64,000 bases of DNA from an uncultured delta proteobacterium (GTDB lineage Bacteria > Myxococcota > B64-G9), in assembly GCA_963754925.1 (NCBI GenBank), contig CAVWHX010000011.1:128001-192000 (forward strand). Reading direction: 5' to 3'. The position numbers and the translations under genes are program-made. Below are positions 9,827 to 19,006 of the stretch, piece after piece; the stretch's first letter is position 1, and each line of letters begins with the position of its first letter. Under the pieces are notes generated by a model, which worked only from the letters and a program-made list of their open reading frames with translations, did not search any database and was not told the DNA's origin.

Positions 9827-11263
9827 ATGAAAAGACTATTCATTCTTGACAGTATCATAGTGATTGCATTCGTCGGTTCTTGTAGCGAATCAAGAACAAC
9901 GGTCCCAGGCACACCCCGGGCGCTCGAAGTAAATTCCGGGGACGGAGCCATCAGCCTCGGGTGGAGTACACCGGTAAGCGATGGAGGTTCGTTTATCCAG
10001 AGTTACTCAGTCGATATATCACCGCAAGATTCCGCGACCGTAGCCGTTGTCGGTACCGCCGCAATCATCACGGGTCTCACCAACGGTACCGCCTATACGC
10101 TATCGGTTACGGCGCATAACGCCGTAGGTCAAGGACCTGTATCCGCGGCAGTGCAGGCGACACCCTCAACGCCGAACATTGCCACCTATGCCGCGATAGA
10201 GGTCACCGGCGATACGAGCCAAAGCGGTATTTTCGATCCGTCGGTGCTGCTCACCTCTAGCGCCGACGTCTGGATGGCGTATTCGGGCGTTGACTATTAT
10301 CGCTACCCAACCGCGTCCGATCCTCTTGTCCAAGATGTGTCGACGAAGTTAGCGCACAGTCCTGACGGAGGAAACTCGTTCAGCTATGTTACCACGTTAG
10401 GCACGGCAGGCCCACCGTCAGCGACCGTGTCCGTCCACGATGCATCGCAGAGTATCTGCGGCGCCGCAACCTGTGCCGGCCGATGGGCCTACGAAACTCC
10501 CTGGCTCATCGACGACAGTACAGACCCGGATCCCGGCCGCCGCTTCAAGATATTCGCCCACAAATATTTCCTCTATCCACCCCACAGCCCTGCGACGATC
10601 TATGTTTTAGGAGCGATTGTCATGTGGACCGCACCCGTGCTGGATGGGAACTGGTCCTCGGAAGAGATGGTAATTGGTTGGAACCTAACGCCGCCCGAAC
10701 TCCCCTTCCCTGCCCGAAACAACATCAACACCCTCGATCCGGCGCTTCAACACTGCTTGCTGGTCGCTGAGGGTGCGGCGTCCGTGCGCCAAGAAGAGCT
10801 GGATTTCGTGTTTGCCTGCACGTTGGACAGCGGCGGGCCGCCGCTGCCGCAAAAAATTGTTCTTCTTCGTTCGCTGGATCACGCAAACTCTTTCCAGTAT
10901 GTCGCAACGCTTCTGCAACCTTCCGACGCCCCGGCCGGATCCGCTTATTATACGGCTCCGGGACTGATCCCCTCTTCGAGCACCGCGCCGGTGCTGATCG
11001 CGACACCGACAACCAGCGCTGGGGTTTACGCGGGATGCTCGGTTTTTCCGTTCGCAGACGAGGAGAGCGGTTCACTGTTTCGAGACAACGACGGCTTGCC
11101 GATTTCGATACTCGAAGTCCCCCGGATTAACGACACCACTCACGTTGGCGGAGCGTGCGCCTGGGATCGCGGCCTGGATGCCACGGGAATTCTTTTAAAC
11201 GATGTTGATCTTTCGGTGTCGCCGGTACAGTTTAAAATCCTGGCAACTAAAAAATCGCTCTAG
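9827..11263 (+). CDS. Lipoprotein with a fibronectin type III domain and a putative Asp-box (BNR) beta-propeller
   Basis: Lipobox VGSC; FN3 motif ITGLTNGTAYTLSVTAHNAVGQG; Asp-box-like SPDGGNSF and SLDHANSF. Confidence 0.7.
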   Translation: MKRLFILDSIIVIAFVGSCSESRTTVPGTPRALEVNSGDGAISLGWSTPVSDGGSFIQSYSVDISPQDSATVAVVGTAAIITGLTNGTAYTLSVTAHNAVGQGPVSAAVQATPSTPNIATYAAIEVTGDTSQSGIFDPSVLLTSSADVWMAYSGVDYYRYPTASDPLVQDVSTKLAHSPDGGNSFSYVTTLGTAGPPSATVSVHDASQSICGAATCAGRWAYETPWLIDDSTDPDPGRRFKIFAHKYFLYPPHSPATIYVLGAIVMWTAPVLDGNWSSEEMVIGWNLTPPELPFPARNNINTLDPALQHCLLVAEGAASVRQEELDFVFACTLDSGGPPLPQKIVLLRSLDHANSFQYVATLLQPSDAPAGSAYYTAPGLIPSSSTAPVLIATPTTSAGVYAGCSVFPFADEESGSLFRDNDGLPISILEVPRINDTTHVGGACAWDRGLDATGILLNDVDLSVSPVQFKILATKKSL

Positions 11264-11285
11264 ATAGTGTCGATTACCGCCGAAA

Positions 11286-12116
11286 TTACAATTGGGTTGG
11301 AATTTGGCACTGAGTCAGACAGGTATTTATTTGGGTAGTCACCTGTAAAATATCCTGTGGAGCAAGGCATGACTGGGTTGAGAAACAGGTTGTGAAACAA
11401 TTGATCGTCGAGGTATCAATCAACTCGATCAAGGAGAGGTAAGAACTATAAGCCCCCAATACTGTGTTAATCATTGTTAGACAGGTAGGGTTGTCTGTCA
11501 CTGTTTGACAGGACACTAACCTTCCGCATACACTATTTTCTACGGTAGTAACGTTGTCATTATTAAGGGACGTTGCCACTTGTGTCAAACAGGTTTCTAA
11601 CATATTGATATCGCAGGTCGCCGCGAGGATGCAGTTGCCTATTTCATTAAAAGTATCAGTAGTGACAATACTGTCATAGTTGTTACATTCAGTTGTGCAA
11701 TCGGCTACCGTTGTATTCGTCACCGAGTTACATTCGCCGGCGTTAGTGCCTCCAATCTTCGCGCAGACATCATCACAGGAAACGTTCTTGGTCGCTACGA
11801 AGTTCTGGTTCGGCATGTTCGCGTTGCTCACCACAACAGGAATATTCACCGGCGCAAACGTGTAATCGGTCAGGCTCGGCGTCACCGTGTAACTGCCGTT
11901 TGCCAGCCCGCTAAAGGTGTATGCGCCGGTTGCATCCGTGACCGTGGAAGCTGTCGCAGCCCCGCTGAGCGATACGCCAACGCCTGCACCAGGCCCCCCG
12001 CTTACCGTACCAGAGATAGTGTAGGTTTTCTTGCTAGTTCCGCCACAAGATATCGATAGCGCGGCAAACAAAATCCATGACATGCCAATTGCCATAAGTA
12101 TCTTTAGAGTTCTCAT
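11286..12116 (-). CDS. Lipoprotein with a carboxypeptidase-regulatory-like beta-sandwich and a Cys-rich C-terminal domain
   Basis: Signal peptide ending SISC; TISGTV...TDATGAYTFSGLANGSYTVTP; 16 Cys in the C-terminal half. Confidence 0.75.
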   Translation of the reverse strand: MRTLKILMAIGMSWILFAALSISCGGTSKKTYTISGTVSGGPGAGVGVSLSGAATASTVTDATGAYTFSGLANGSYTVTPSLTDYTFAPVNIPVVVSNANMPNQNFVATKNVSCDDVCAKIGGTNAGECNSVTNTTVADCTTECNNYDSIVTTDTFNEIGNCILAATCDINMLETCLTQVATSLNNDNVTTVENSVCGRLVSCQTVTDNPTCLTMINTVLGAYSSYLSLIELIDTSTINCFTTCFSTQSCLAPQDILQVTTQINTCLTQCQIPTQL

Positions 12117-12323
12117 AGTACTTCCTTTCTTTTATTGGTTATAGATCCGCGCACTACTACCGACATAAGAGACATATACCATGGCACTACATCGGCACAA
12201 AGGTCAACAACATCTTCTAGTTGTAGATAGTTAGAGATGAACTTATAGAGGTTTCATGGATCTGTTAATAATCTTGTTATATCTCGGTAGGTTATCAAAC
12301 CCATTGCCGAGCCGGATTTCCTC

Positions 12324-14255
12324 CTACGAGGAAAATTCCAACATCTCAAGTTCTTCGAGAATATACAGCACCGAGTAAACCGCAACCTCAAAAGAATAGG
12401 CATCCGATCCGGCGCTTGCGAGGAGGTCGCGGATCGTGGGCCGGTCATCCAACAAATGCACCACGCGTTGTTCGCGCGCGGTTAGGCCCAGGGTATCGAT
12501 CGCCAGGTAGGGATTTTCAATCCGTCGGAGTTTGTGGTCGAGCTTAGTGCGGTAGCGCGCCTTGACGACATCCGTATTAACAAATCGGCGCACCCCCTCG
12601 GCAATCAAGGCGAACGATCCAATCTTGAGCGGAATGACTTCGCCTTTGTAGGTCTGCCCGCTGAAGAACTGATAGGTGCCCGCATCCCACGAAAACACCT
12701 CAAGGACCTTCTCGCGCACCTGATCTTGGAGTTGCTCGAACAACTCGTGCGGCTTAAGAATGCCCTGGGCGATCAAAGTATCCCCCAGTCTGCCGGAGTA
12801 CCCGTGCATCGCCTTGACCGCCTCGTCGCGTTGGCTTTGGGTGACTATTTTTTTGTCCACGAGGTACTGTCCGAATAATTCGCTGGGGAGATTCGATTTA
12901 ATGAATTCGGGCAAGCCCTGACGCAGGTAGATCTCCTTGGTCACCCCGGGTCGTACGAGCACCAACCGACCGTCCTCGCGTGCGATGGCTAAGCGGTAGA
13001 ACAGTTTCGGAAAGCTAATCTCGGTGATCTGTCCCTGGTAGTCGGCGACCGCATCGGGGTCCAACTCTTCCGTGGTGGGAAGCGTCGCGAGGTGCACCGA
13101 CAACTCGGGGACATTGGCGAGATGCATCCACGTACCGCCTTCGCGCAGCACATCAAAGCGCTTGGTCAGCTGGCCGGCAGCCATCATTTCATAGAGCTTC
13201 TCCATCTGCAGCGGCCCTTGCGGCGGTTGACCCGGCGCCCGTATCCAGTAGCGCGGCGGCGCGGAGCGGGTCGAACCCGGTGCCACACCTGTCGGGCGGC
13301 CGCGGCCTTCCTCCTGCTCGGTACAAACCAGCCTGAGACAGGCCTTAAGCTGGGCGCTGCCGACCTTGACGCCGTGATTGAATAGGTAATCTTCAATCGC
13401 CTCGCGAAATTCGCCGGCGCTGTGAAAACGATCCTCGGACCGTCGCCGCAGAGCTCGGTTCAGGATGGCGCACAGATCCTCGGGAGCGTCGGGAAGGTAG
13501 CGGCGCAGGTCCGGGATCCGGGCGTCGCGAATGTGCATGAGAATATCCAGTTCATTGCCCTCGCTGAACATACGCCGACAAGTGAGCGCCTCCCAAAAGG
13601 TTATCCCGGCCGTGAAGATATCCGACCGCTGGTCAATGTCCTGGCCCCCTACTTGCTCCGGGGAGAGGTATCCCATTTTGCCTTTGAGCTCCCCGACAAT
13701 GGTATGGGTGTTGCGGGCCGTGGCCTTGGCGATCCCGAAATCAGCCACTTTTACTTCACCTTGAAAAGAAAGCAGGATGTTGGCTGGATTGAAATCACGA
13801 TGGACAATTCGAAGCGGCTCGCCGTCAGCCCCCACCGCGTGGTGGGCATAGTCCAACCCTTTGAGCGCCTCCGAGAGGATGAAACACGCCACCTCCTGCG
13901 GCAGTGGCTTCTTGGCTTTGAAAAGTCGTATCAGGAGGTGGAGCAAATCAAGGCCATGGACGTACTCCATGGCGATGAAGTAGCAACCCTCCAACCGTCC
14001 CAAGTCAAAGATTTGCACCACGTTGGCATGTTGCAATCCAGCACAGAGCTTCGCCTCGTCTATCAACATTTCGACGAGATCGGCGTCCTCTGAGAAGGTT
14101 GGTAGGATGCGCTTGATCACGATCGTCTTCTCGAACCCGCTAACTCCATACGACTTGGCCTTAAAGATTTCGGCCATCCCGCCGTGCGCAATTCGCTCCA
14201 CAAGAAGATATTTCCCAAAATGAGCAGGGAGAACCGTGCTTGGCATGTCGTTCAT
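12324..14255 (-). CDS. Ser/Thr protein kinase with GYF-like and DUF4388/MshEN-like C-terminal domains
   Basis: HGGMAEIF, VIKR, HRDFNPAN, DFG, YLSPEQ; YWIR...QGP...W segment; RLGDTLIAQGIL. Confidence 0.9.
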   Translation of the reverse strand: MNDMPSTVLPAHFGKYLLVERIAHGGMAEIFKAKSYGVSGFEKTIVIKRILPTFSEDADLVEMLIDEAKLCAGLQHANVVQIFDLGRLEGCYFIAMEYVHGLDLLHLLIRLFKAKKPLPQEVACFILSEALKGLDYAHHAVGADGEPLRIVHRDFNPANILLSFQGEVKVADFGIAKATARNTHTIVGELKGKMGYLSPEQVGGQDIDQRSDIFTAGITFWEALTCRRMFSEGNELDILMHIRDARIPDLRRYLPDAPEDLCAILNRALRRRSEDRFHSAGEFREAIEDYLFNHGVKVGSAQLKACLRLVCTEQEEGRGRPTGVAPGSTRSAPPRYWIRAPGQPPQGPLQMEKLYEMMAAGQLTKRFDVLREGGTWMHLANVPELSVHLATLPTTEELDPDAVADYQGQITEISFPKLFYRLAIAREDGRLVLVRPGVTKEIYLRQGLPEFIKSNLPSELFGQYLVDKKIVTQSQRDEAVKAMHGYSGRLGDTLIAQGILKPHELFEQLQDQVREKVLEVFSWDAGTYQFFSGQTYKGEVIPLKIGSFALIAEGVRRFVNTDVVKARYRTKLDHKLRRIENPYLAIDTLGLTAREQRVVHLLDDRPTIRDLLASAGSDAYSFEVAVYSVLYILEELEMLEFSS

Positions 14256-14309
14256 GGTAGACCTCTCCTGCCCGCCATTATACCCGATACGGTGCCTTGT
14301 GTCGTATTC

Positions 14310-15236
14310 TCAGCTATCCAAAATAACGGTTCTCACAAGCTCACGTGGGCTTATATGCTTGTTTTGCTTTAGATATTCGCCTAATCCGTACAGCACTTCA
14401 ATGGCGGCCTTGGGGTTCCGGAAATTGGCCGAGCCAACCTGAACAGCGCTGGCACCGGCGCGCATGAACTCAACCGCGTCGCGCCATTCGACGATGCCGC
14501 CGCTGCCGACGATCGCGATATCCAGCGCCTTACTTACTTCGTAGACCGCCCGTACCGCTATCGGGCGGATGGCCGGCCCCGACAACCCGCCGATCACATT
14601 GCCGAGCAGCGGCCGGCCCGTGCGGTAGTCGACGGCCATACCGCGCACGGTGTTGATCAGGGTCAAGCCGTCGACGCCGGTCTCGGCCACCCGAACCGCC
14701 ACCGCAACCAGATCGGTAACGTTGGGTGAGAGCTTCACTAATACCGGCTTGCCGGTGTGGGCGCGCACCTGCTTGGCCACATCATAGGCCAACGCGGGAT
14801 CGGAGCCAAAGGCTATCCCGCCGCGGTTGACGTTCGGACAGGAGATGTTCACTTCCAACGCATCGACGCCCTCCACCGCATCAAGGCGCTTGGCCAAGGC
14901 GGCGTACTCTTCGACCGTATTCCCCAGAATGTTGACGATTACCTGCGTCTTTAGCCCACGGAGCCACGGCAGTTTTTCCTGGATGAAAACATCTATCCCG
15001 GGGTTTTGTAGGCCAATGGAATTGAGCATTCCAGAGGGCGTCTCCGCGATACGCGGCGCCGGGTTACCCTGCCGCGGCAGCAACGAGACGCCTTTGGTCA
15101 CTATCGCGCCCAGGGAATCAACATCTACCAATGAGGCATATTCTTCGCCGTACCCGAACGTGCCCGACGCGACTATGACCGGGTTCGCCAGGCGCAAGCG
15201 GCCGATGGCCACTGCCATGTCCACGGTTGTGTTCAC
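14310..15236 (-). CDS. pyrD: Dihydroorotate dehydrogenase family 1B catalytic subunit
   Basis: ASGTFGYG, GMLNSIGLQNPG, NISCPN, KLSPN, GGLSGPAI. Confidence 0.97.
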   Translation of the reverse strand: MNTTVDMAVAIGRLRLANPVIVASGTFGYGEEYASLVDVDSLGAIVTKGVSLLPRQGNPAPRIAETPSGMLNSIGLQNPGIDVFIQEKLPWLRGLKTQVIVNILGNTVEEYAALAKRLDAVEGVDALEVNISCPNVNRGGIAFGSDPALAYDVAKQVRAHTGKPVLVKLSPNVTDLVAVAVRVAETGVDGLTLINTVRGMAVDYRTGRPLLGNVIGGLSGPAIRPIAVRAVYEVSKALDIAIVGSGGIVEWRDAVEFMRAGASAVQVGSANFRNPKAAIEVLYGLGEYLKQNKHISPRELVRTVILDS

Positions 15237-16024
15237 GGGAATACCTCGTGCGATGAAAACACCGGTCCGTCAACGCAAGCGCGCCGCTTGCCGCCGGGCA
15301 AGTCGAGCGTGCATCCCAGACAAGCGCCGACCCCACAGGCCATGCGCGACTCGAGCGAGAGCTCTACCGGCCAGGAAGCGCGGGCGCCAAGTTCTGATAC
15401 CGTGCGCATCATCGGCAGCGGGCCGCACGCCGCGATCGCCCCCGGGGTCCCCCCCGGGGCCTCGTGGTCTAACATCTCCGCGAGCAGGTCGGTCACCATC
15501 CCGCGCGCGCCCGCCGACCCATCATCGGTTGCCCGCTTGAGAGCAATCTCCCGCTCGATAAGTTCATCAAGAGCGATCAGACGCGCTTTGGTGCTCGCTC
15601 CATAGAGCAGGCTCACCCGCGCCCCCCGGTCCGCCGCCCGCAGCGCCAAAAACCGCAACGGCGCTATCCCTAATCCTCCCGCCACGAGCATCAAGCGCTG
15701 CCCTGATAGTGGTTCGCTAAAGCCATGGCCCTGGGGACCGAGCAGCCCGATGCGCTGACCCACCCTGACCTGGGAGAGCAGTTCAGTCCCGCGTCCGACA
15801 ACGCCGACGATGAGCTCTATGGTTCCCTCTGACCCTACTCCCGCTATTGAAATGGGCCGATTTAAAAACGGATCGCTGCTGCTCGGTGACAGCGGCCCAA
15901 CCATCACAAACTGTCCGGGCGCCGCCGCAGCCGCTATTGGTCGGGCACGAAGATCGATACGAAACGTAGCGGCCGCCACCGGTTCGACGAGAGAAACTTC
16001 CGCTGATACCTGTTTCACGGTCAT
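15233..16024 (-). CDS. pyrK: Dihydroorotate dehydrogenase electron-transfer subunit
   Basis: RPIS, AGGLGIAP, ACGP, MACGVGACLGC...C-DGPVF 2Fe-2S motif. Confidence 0.95.
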   Translation of the reverse strand: MTVKQVSAEVSLVEPVAAATFRIDLRARPIAAAAAPGQFVMVGPLSPSSSDPFLNRPISIAGVGSEGTIELIVGVVGRGTELLSQVRVGQRIGLLGPQGHGFSEPLSGQRLMLVAGGLGIAPLRFLALRAADRGARVSLLYGASTKARLIALDELIEREIALKRATDDGSAGARGMVTDLLAEMLDHEAPGGTPGAIAACGPLPMMRTVSELGARASWPVELSLESRMACGVGACLGCTLDLPGGKRRACVDGPVFSSHEVFP

Positions 16025-16530
16025 CGGATTGCGCCCTGCCGATCTATTCGCGGGATACGTTCACCCGCCGCCACCTCACGCAGCATGAGAATGGCGTCCT
16101 CGTTGCTGCGCCGATAGTATTGCCGGCGCCGCCCAACTGTCGAGAAACCCATGGAGCGGTACAGTTCTTGCGCCGCCCGATTGGACTCCCGCACCTCAAG
16201 ATTTACCAGTCCGCCGCCCCGGTCGGCAAACACATCCAGACAATGAAACATGAGCCGTCGGCCAAGTCCCTGACGACGACGATGGCGAGCGATTGCCAAA
16301 TTAAGCACGTGCAAATCCCCCGGCAACATCCAGCATATGACGAAACCATCGACTTCCATCGCGGCTCGATGGTATGGAACGCCGATGAGCTTGAAGTACG
16401 ACCATGGTTGCGTGAGCTCCGCCAAAAAGGCCTCGGCAGGCCAGGGATCGTCGAAGCTTTCGTGTTCTATCCGCAACACCTCTTCCAAGGAGGCGGCCGT
16501 CATCTGAACGATCGACCGTTCCATGGTCAT
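16021..16530 (-). CDS. rimI: Ribosomal protein S18 alanine N-acetyltransferase
   Basis: IEHESFDDPW, RRQGLG, LEVRESNRAAQELY, GRRRQYY, EDA. Confidence 0.9.
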   Translation of the reverse strand: MTMERSIVQMTAASLEEVLRIEHESFDDPWPAEAFLAELTQPWSYFKLIGVPYHRAAMEVDGFVICWMLPGDLHVLNLAIARHRRRQGLGRRLMFHCLDVFADRGGGLVNLEVRESNRAAQELYRSMGFSTVGRRRQYYRRSNEDAILMLREVAAGERIPRIDRQGAIR

Positions 16531-17258
16531 CCACCATTCCGGGCAGAGGCCGCCAGGTCGACGAGTACTTTGATCTCGGCGTGCCTGCGGAGCTCAACAA
16601 TAAAACGGGTCAACCATTTCTCACGTTGTAGGGTTATCAGGCGTAAGCGAATCGCCTCGGCCACCGTGTCGAATTCCGCTCCGCCAAAACTCAACCGATT
16701 GCGCTCGTAGTATTCGCGGACGGCTTCCGTGGTCACCGCCGGCATGACCAGCGCCTTGTTCTCCTTAAGGCGTTCAACGCACAGGTGGCGCGCCAGTGCA
16801 TCGGCGATATCACTATCGTCGAGAGCATAGTCAAGCAAAAAACGCTGGTACTCGCCGGCGTCACGAAATCGCTGTTTGAAACTCTCCAAGAGTTGTTGGC
16901 GTTCCTCCTCGCTCACCAACGGCAACCCAAGTTTATTGGCCTCGTCGAGCAGTAGTTGCTGGTCGATCAACGCCTCCGTAACTTTTTTAAACAGTTCACC
17001 GCTTACCTCTTGAGCCAGCCTAATCCGGCCCCGATGCTCAATCTGGAACAACAGCGCTTCCTCCCGCACCTCGCTCAGCGTTATCAGGTGCCGATCGACG
17101 ACCGCAATAATTTCATCGACCACAACGTCAGGCGTCGGCGCCGCCTGAGCCAAACCCGCCGCGCGAATGCTCATTATCAAGAAGGTCATGGCCGCTGGGC
17201 CGCCTGGTCTGGTCAACATCATATGTCGTACTCTACCTAAAAACTGCCGCTTGAGCAA
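16527..17258 (-). CDS. SurA N-terminal-domain-like periplasmic chaperone (start probably downstream of 17258)
   Basis: VVDEIIAVVD..LITLSEV, LIDQQLL, C-terminal ELRRHAEIK; no PPIase domain. Confidence 0.7.
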   Translation of the reverse strand: MLKRQFLGRVRHMMLTRPGGPAAMTFLIMSIRAAGLAQAAPTPDVVVDEIIAVVDRHLITLSEVREEALLFQIEHRGRIRLAQEVSGELFKKVTEALIDQQLLLDEANKLGLPLVSEEERQQLLESFKQRFRDAGEYQRFLLDYALDDSDIADALARHLCVERLKENKALVMPAVTTEAVREYYERNRLSFGGAEFDTVAEAIRLRLITLQREKWLTRFIVELRRHAEIKVLVDLAASARNGG

Positions 17259-17367
17259 CGTGTTCTCTAAAACCCCATGACTTCACCTCCGATCATACGG
17301 CAGCCCCAAAAAAAATTGATCTCTTTTTCACTACCGCCTGCAGGCGGTCTCGCGTATTCTTCACAAC

Positions 17368-18108
17368 ATGACGAGTACCACGAGAATCGGTTTTGTCGGC
17401 TGTCCTCCCGAAGAACAATTTTCGATTCTTCGCGAGCGCTATGGAACTATCGAATGGATCGACCTCGACAATGCCTCTGCGCAGATCGAGCCGGCGTCAT
17501 CACCGGTGCTGCCGGCAAACGTCTGCGCCATTGTCAAGCGGGTTATTGACAATGCTCTCGGACTCAGACTGGATGCAATTCTTTTCGATGAAGGGTATGG
17601 CAAGTGCGATCACGCCCGGGCCGCCGGCCGTCTGCTCGCCGATAAAGTCAGCGTGCCCGTGATTCGTACCCGCAACGACAATCGCCACGGCCGCGGAACA
17701 CCCCTTTCCGATAGCGCGCTACCGCTATGCGATAAAGCCGAGCGCATCCTGGCCGAACTGACCGACGAGGGCCCGCCGCCGGATTTTCCCGCCTGCACCC
17801 CACCCATGGCACTATGGGGGGTGCCGGCCGCCGACTTCGAAATCTATCGATTGTTTCCAGACGGCACTCGTTTGCTGGGTTGGTTCCGCTGTCTGGAGAA
17901 CCGCACCCCGGCGAATGAGCAACTCGAGCTCGAAGTGGATCCGCGCGTTCCAACGGTGTTCTTCGCCCAAACCTTTTGCCACAAAAATATCCTGGCTAAA
18001 GACTTAGCGCGGAGATTCAACGGACTCTATGTGGATATGGATGGGATACTAACGCAATCAACGCGGGCGAAAATCGAGACCTTTCTGCGTTTTAACGTTC
18101 GGTGTTGA
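17368..18108 (+). CDS. Hypothetical Cys-containing protein, possibly Fe-S binding
   Basis: 246-aa ORF with typical codon usage; spaced Cys motifs NVC, GKCD, FRC, TFCHK. Confidence 0.6.
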   Translation: MTSTTRIGFVGCPPEEQFSILRERYGTIEWIDLDNASAQIEPASSPVLPANVCAIVKRVIDNALGLRLDAILFDEGYGKCDHARAAGRLLADKVSVPVIRTRNDNRHGRGTPLSDSALPLCDKAERILAELTDEGPPPDFPACTPPMALWGVPAADFEIYRLFPDGTRLLGWFRCLENRTPANEQLELEVDPRVPTVFFAQTFCHKNILAKDLARRFNGLYVDMDGILTQSTRAKIETFLRFNVRC

Positions 18109-18209
18109 CTCATCCCCTCCCGAGTTTGACGTTAGATTAACTATCGGGGCAACAGCCAAATCCCGTTCAAAAGAATTTCCTTGCCTTATTCCGCAAAATT
18201 TCCTATGTC

Positions 18210-18265
18210 TTGAACCAAGATTCGATAAATTGAATTTTAATTCAATAATTCGACTTTGAATTCAC
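18210..18265. promoter_or_regulatory. Putative TetR operator array (three sites at 20-bp period)
   Basis: ttgaa-N6-ttcga (18210), ttgaa-N6-ttcaa (18230, within palindrome attgaatt-tt-aattcaat), tcgac-N6-ttcac (18250), directly upstream of the tetR-family gene. Confidence 0.6.
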
Positions 18266-18278
18266 GAGGTCTTTCACG

Positions 18279-18914
18279 ATGAACCCGGTAACTCAAGGAC
18301 CGTTGCAAGAAGCTCGGAAGAAAGCATATCGGGTGGTCATCATAGCCACCGCCGAGCGAATTTTCGCCGATCGCGGATTTGAGGCTGCAAAAATCCAGGA
18401 TATTGCCGAGGAGATAGGAGTTTCGGTAGGAACCATCTATAGCGTCTTCGGAAGCAAATCAGAGCTGTTCGATGCCGTCTTGACCCATCGACTCCCGGAG
18501 CTTCTCGACATCATTCACAAAACCGCAGACAACGCTCCCAGTATCTTGGAAAAACTCATCGAGGGGCTGGACGCTTTTGTTATCTATATGCTTGAACATC
18601 CATACTATCTCCAGCTTCATCTGCGCGAGCATGCCTGGGGGTTGGGCCCCAACCGAGCGGCGAGCGGGCAGATAGTCGCGTGGCAAGAGGGCCTTGACCT
18701 TGAGGCAACGATTCTACAACTCGCTATGGACGAAGGAATTATCATCAAGGAAGATCCGCATCGTCTCGCTCGCTGTATCACGGCAATACACCAAGTTCAG
18801 CTCTGGGATTGGGTTGAAAACGGGATGAAAGAACCTCCCCGCACGGCTGCCGAGAGGATAAGAAAGCTCTTTTTGCAAATGTTTTGCATCAAGCAAGTGC
18901 AAAACACGCCCTGA
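18279..18914 (+). CDS. TetR/AcrR-family transcriptional regulator
   Basis: AERIFADRGF...IQDIAEEIGVSVGTIYSVFGSKSELF helix-turn-helix. Confidence 0.95.
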   Translation: MNPVTQGPLQEARKKAYRVVIIATAERIFADRGFEAAKIQDIAEEIGVSVGTIYSVFGSKSELFDAVLTHRLPELLDIIHKTADNAPSILEKLIEGLDAFVIYMLEHPYYLQLHLREHAWGLGPNRAASGQIVAWQEGLDLEATILQLAMDEGIIIKEDPHRLARCITAIHQVQLWDWVENGMKEPPRTAAERIRKLFLQMFCIKQVQNTP

Positions 18915-19006
18915 TTCACCGCTCATTCTGAGGCACGTCGACCACCATAAGCCCCGAATGATGGCGTACCGCAAATTTATTTCCCTGGTGGCGGAGGGTT
19001 GGCAGT

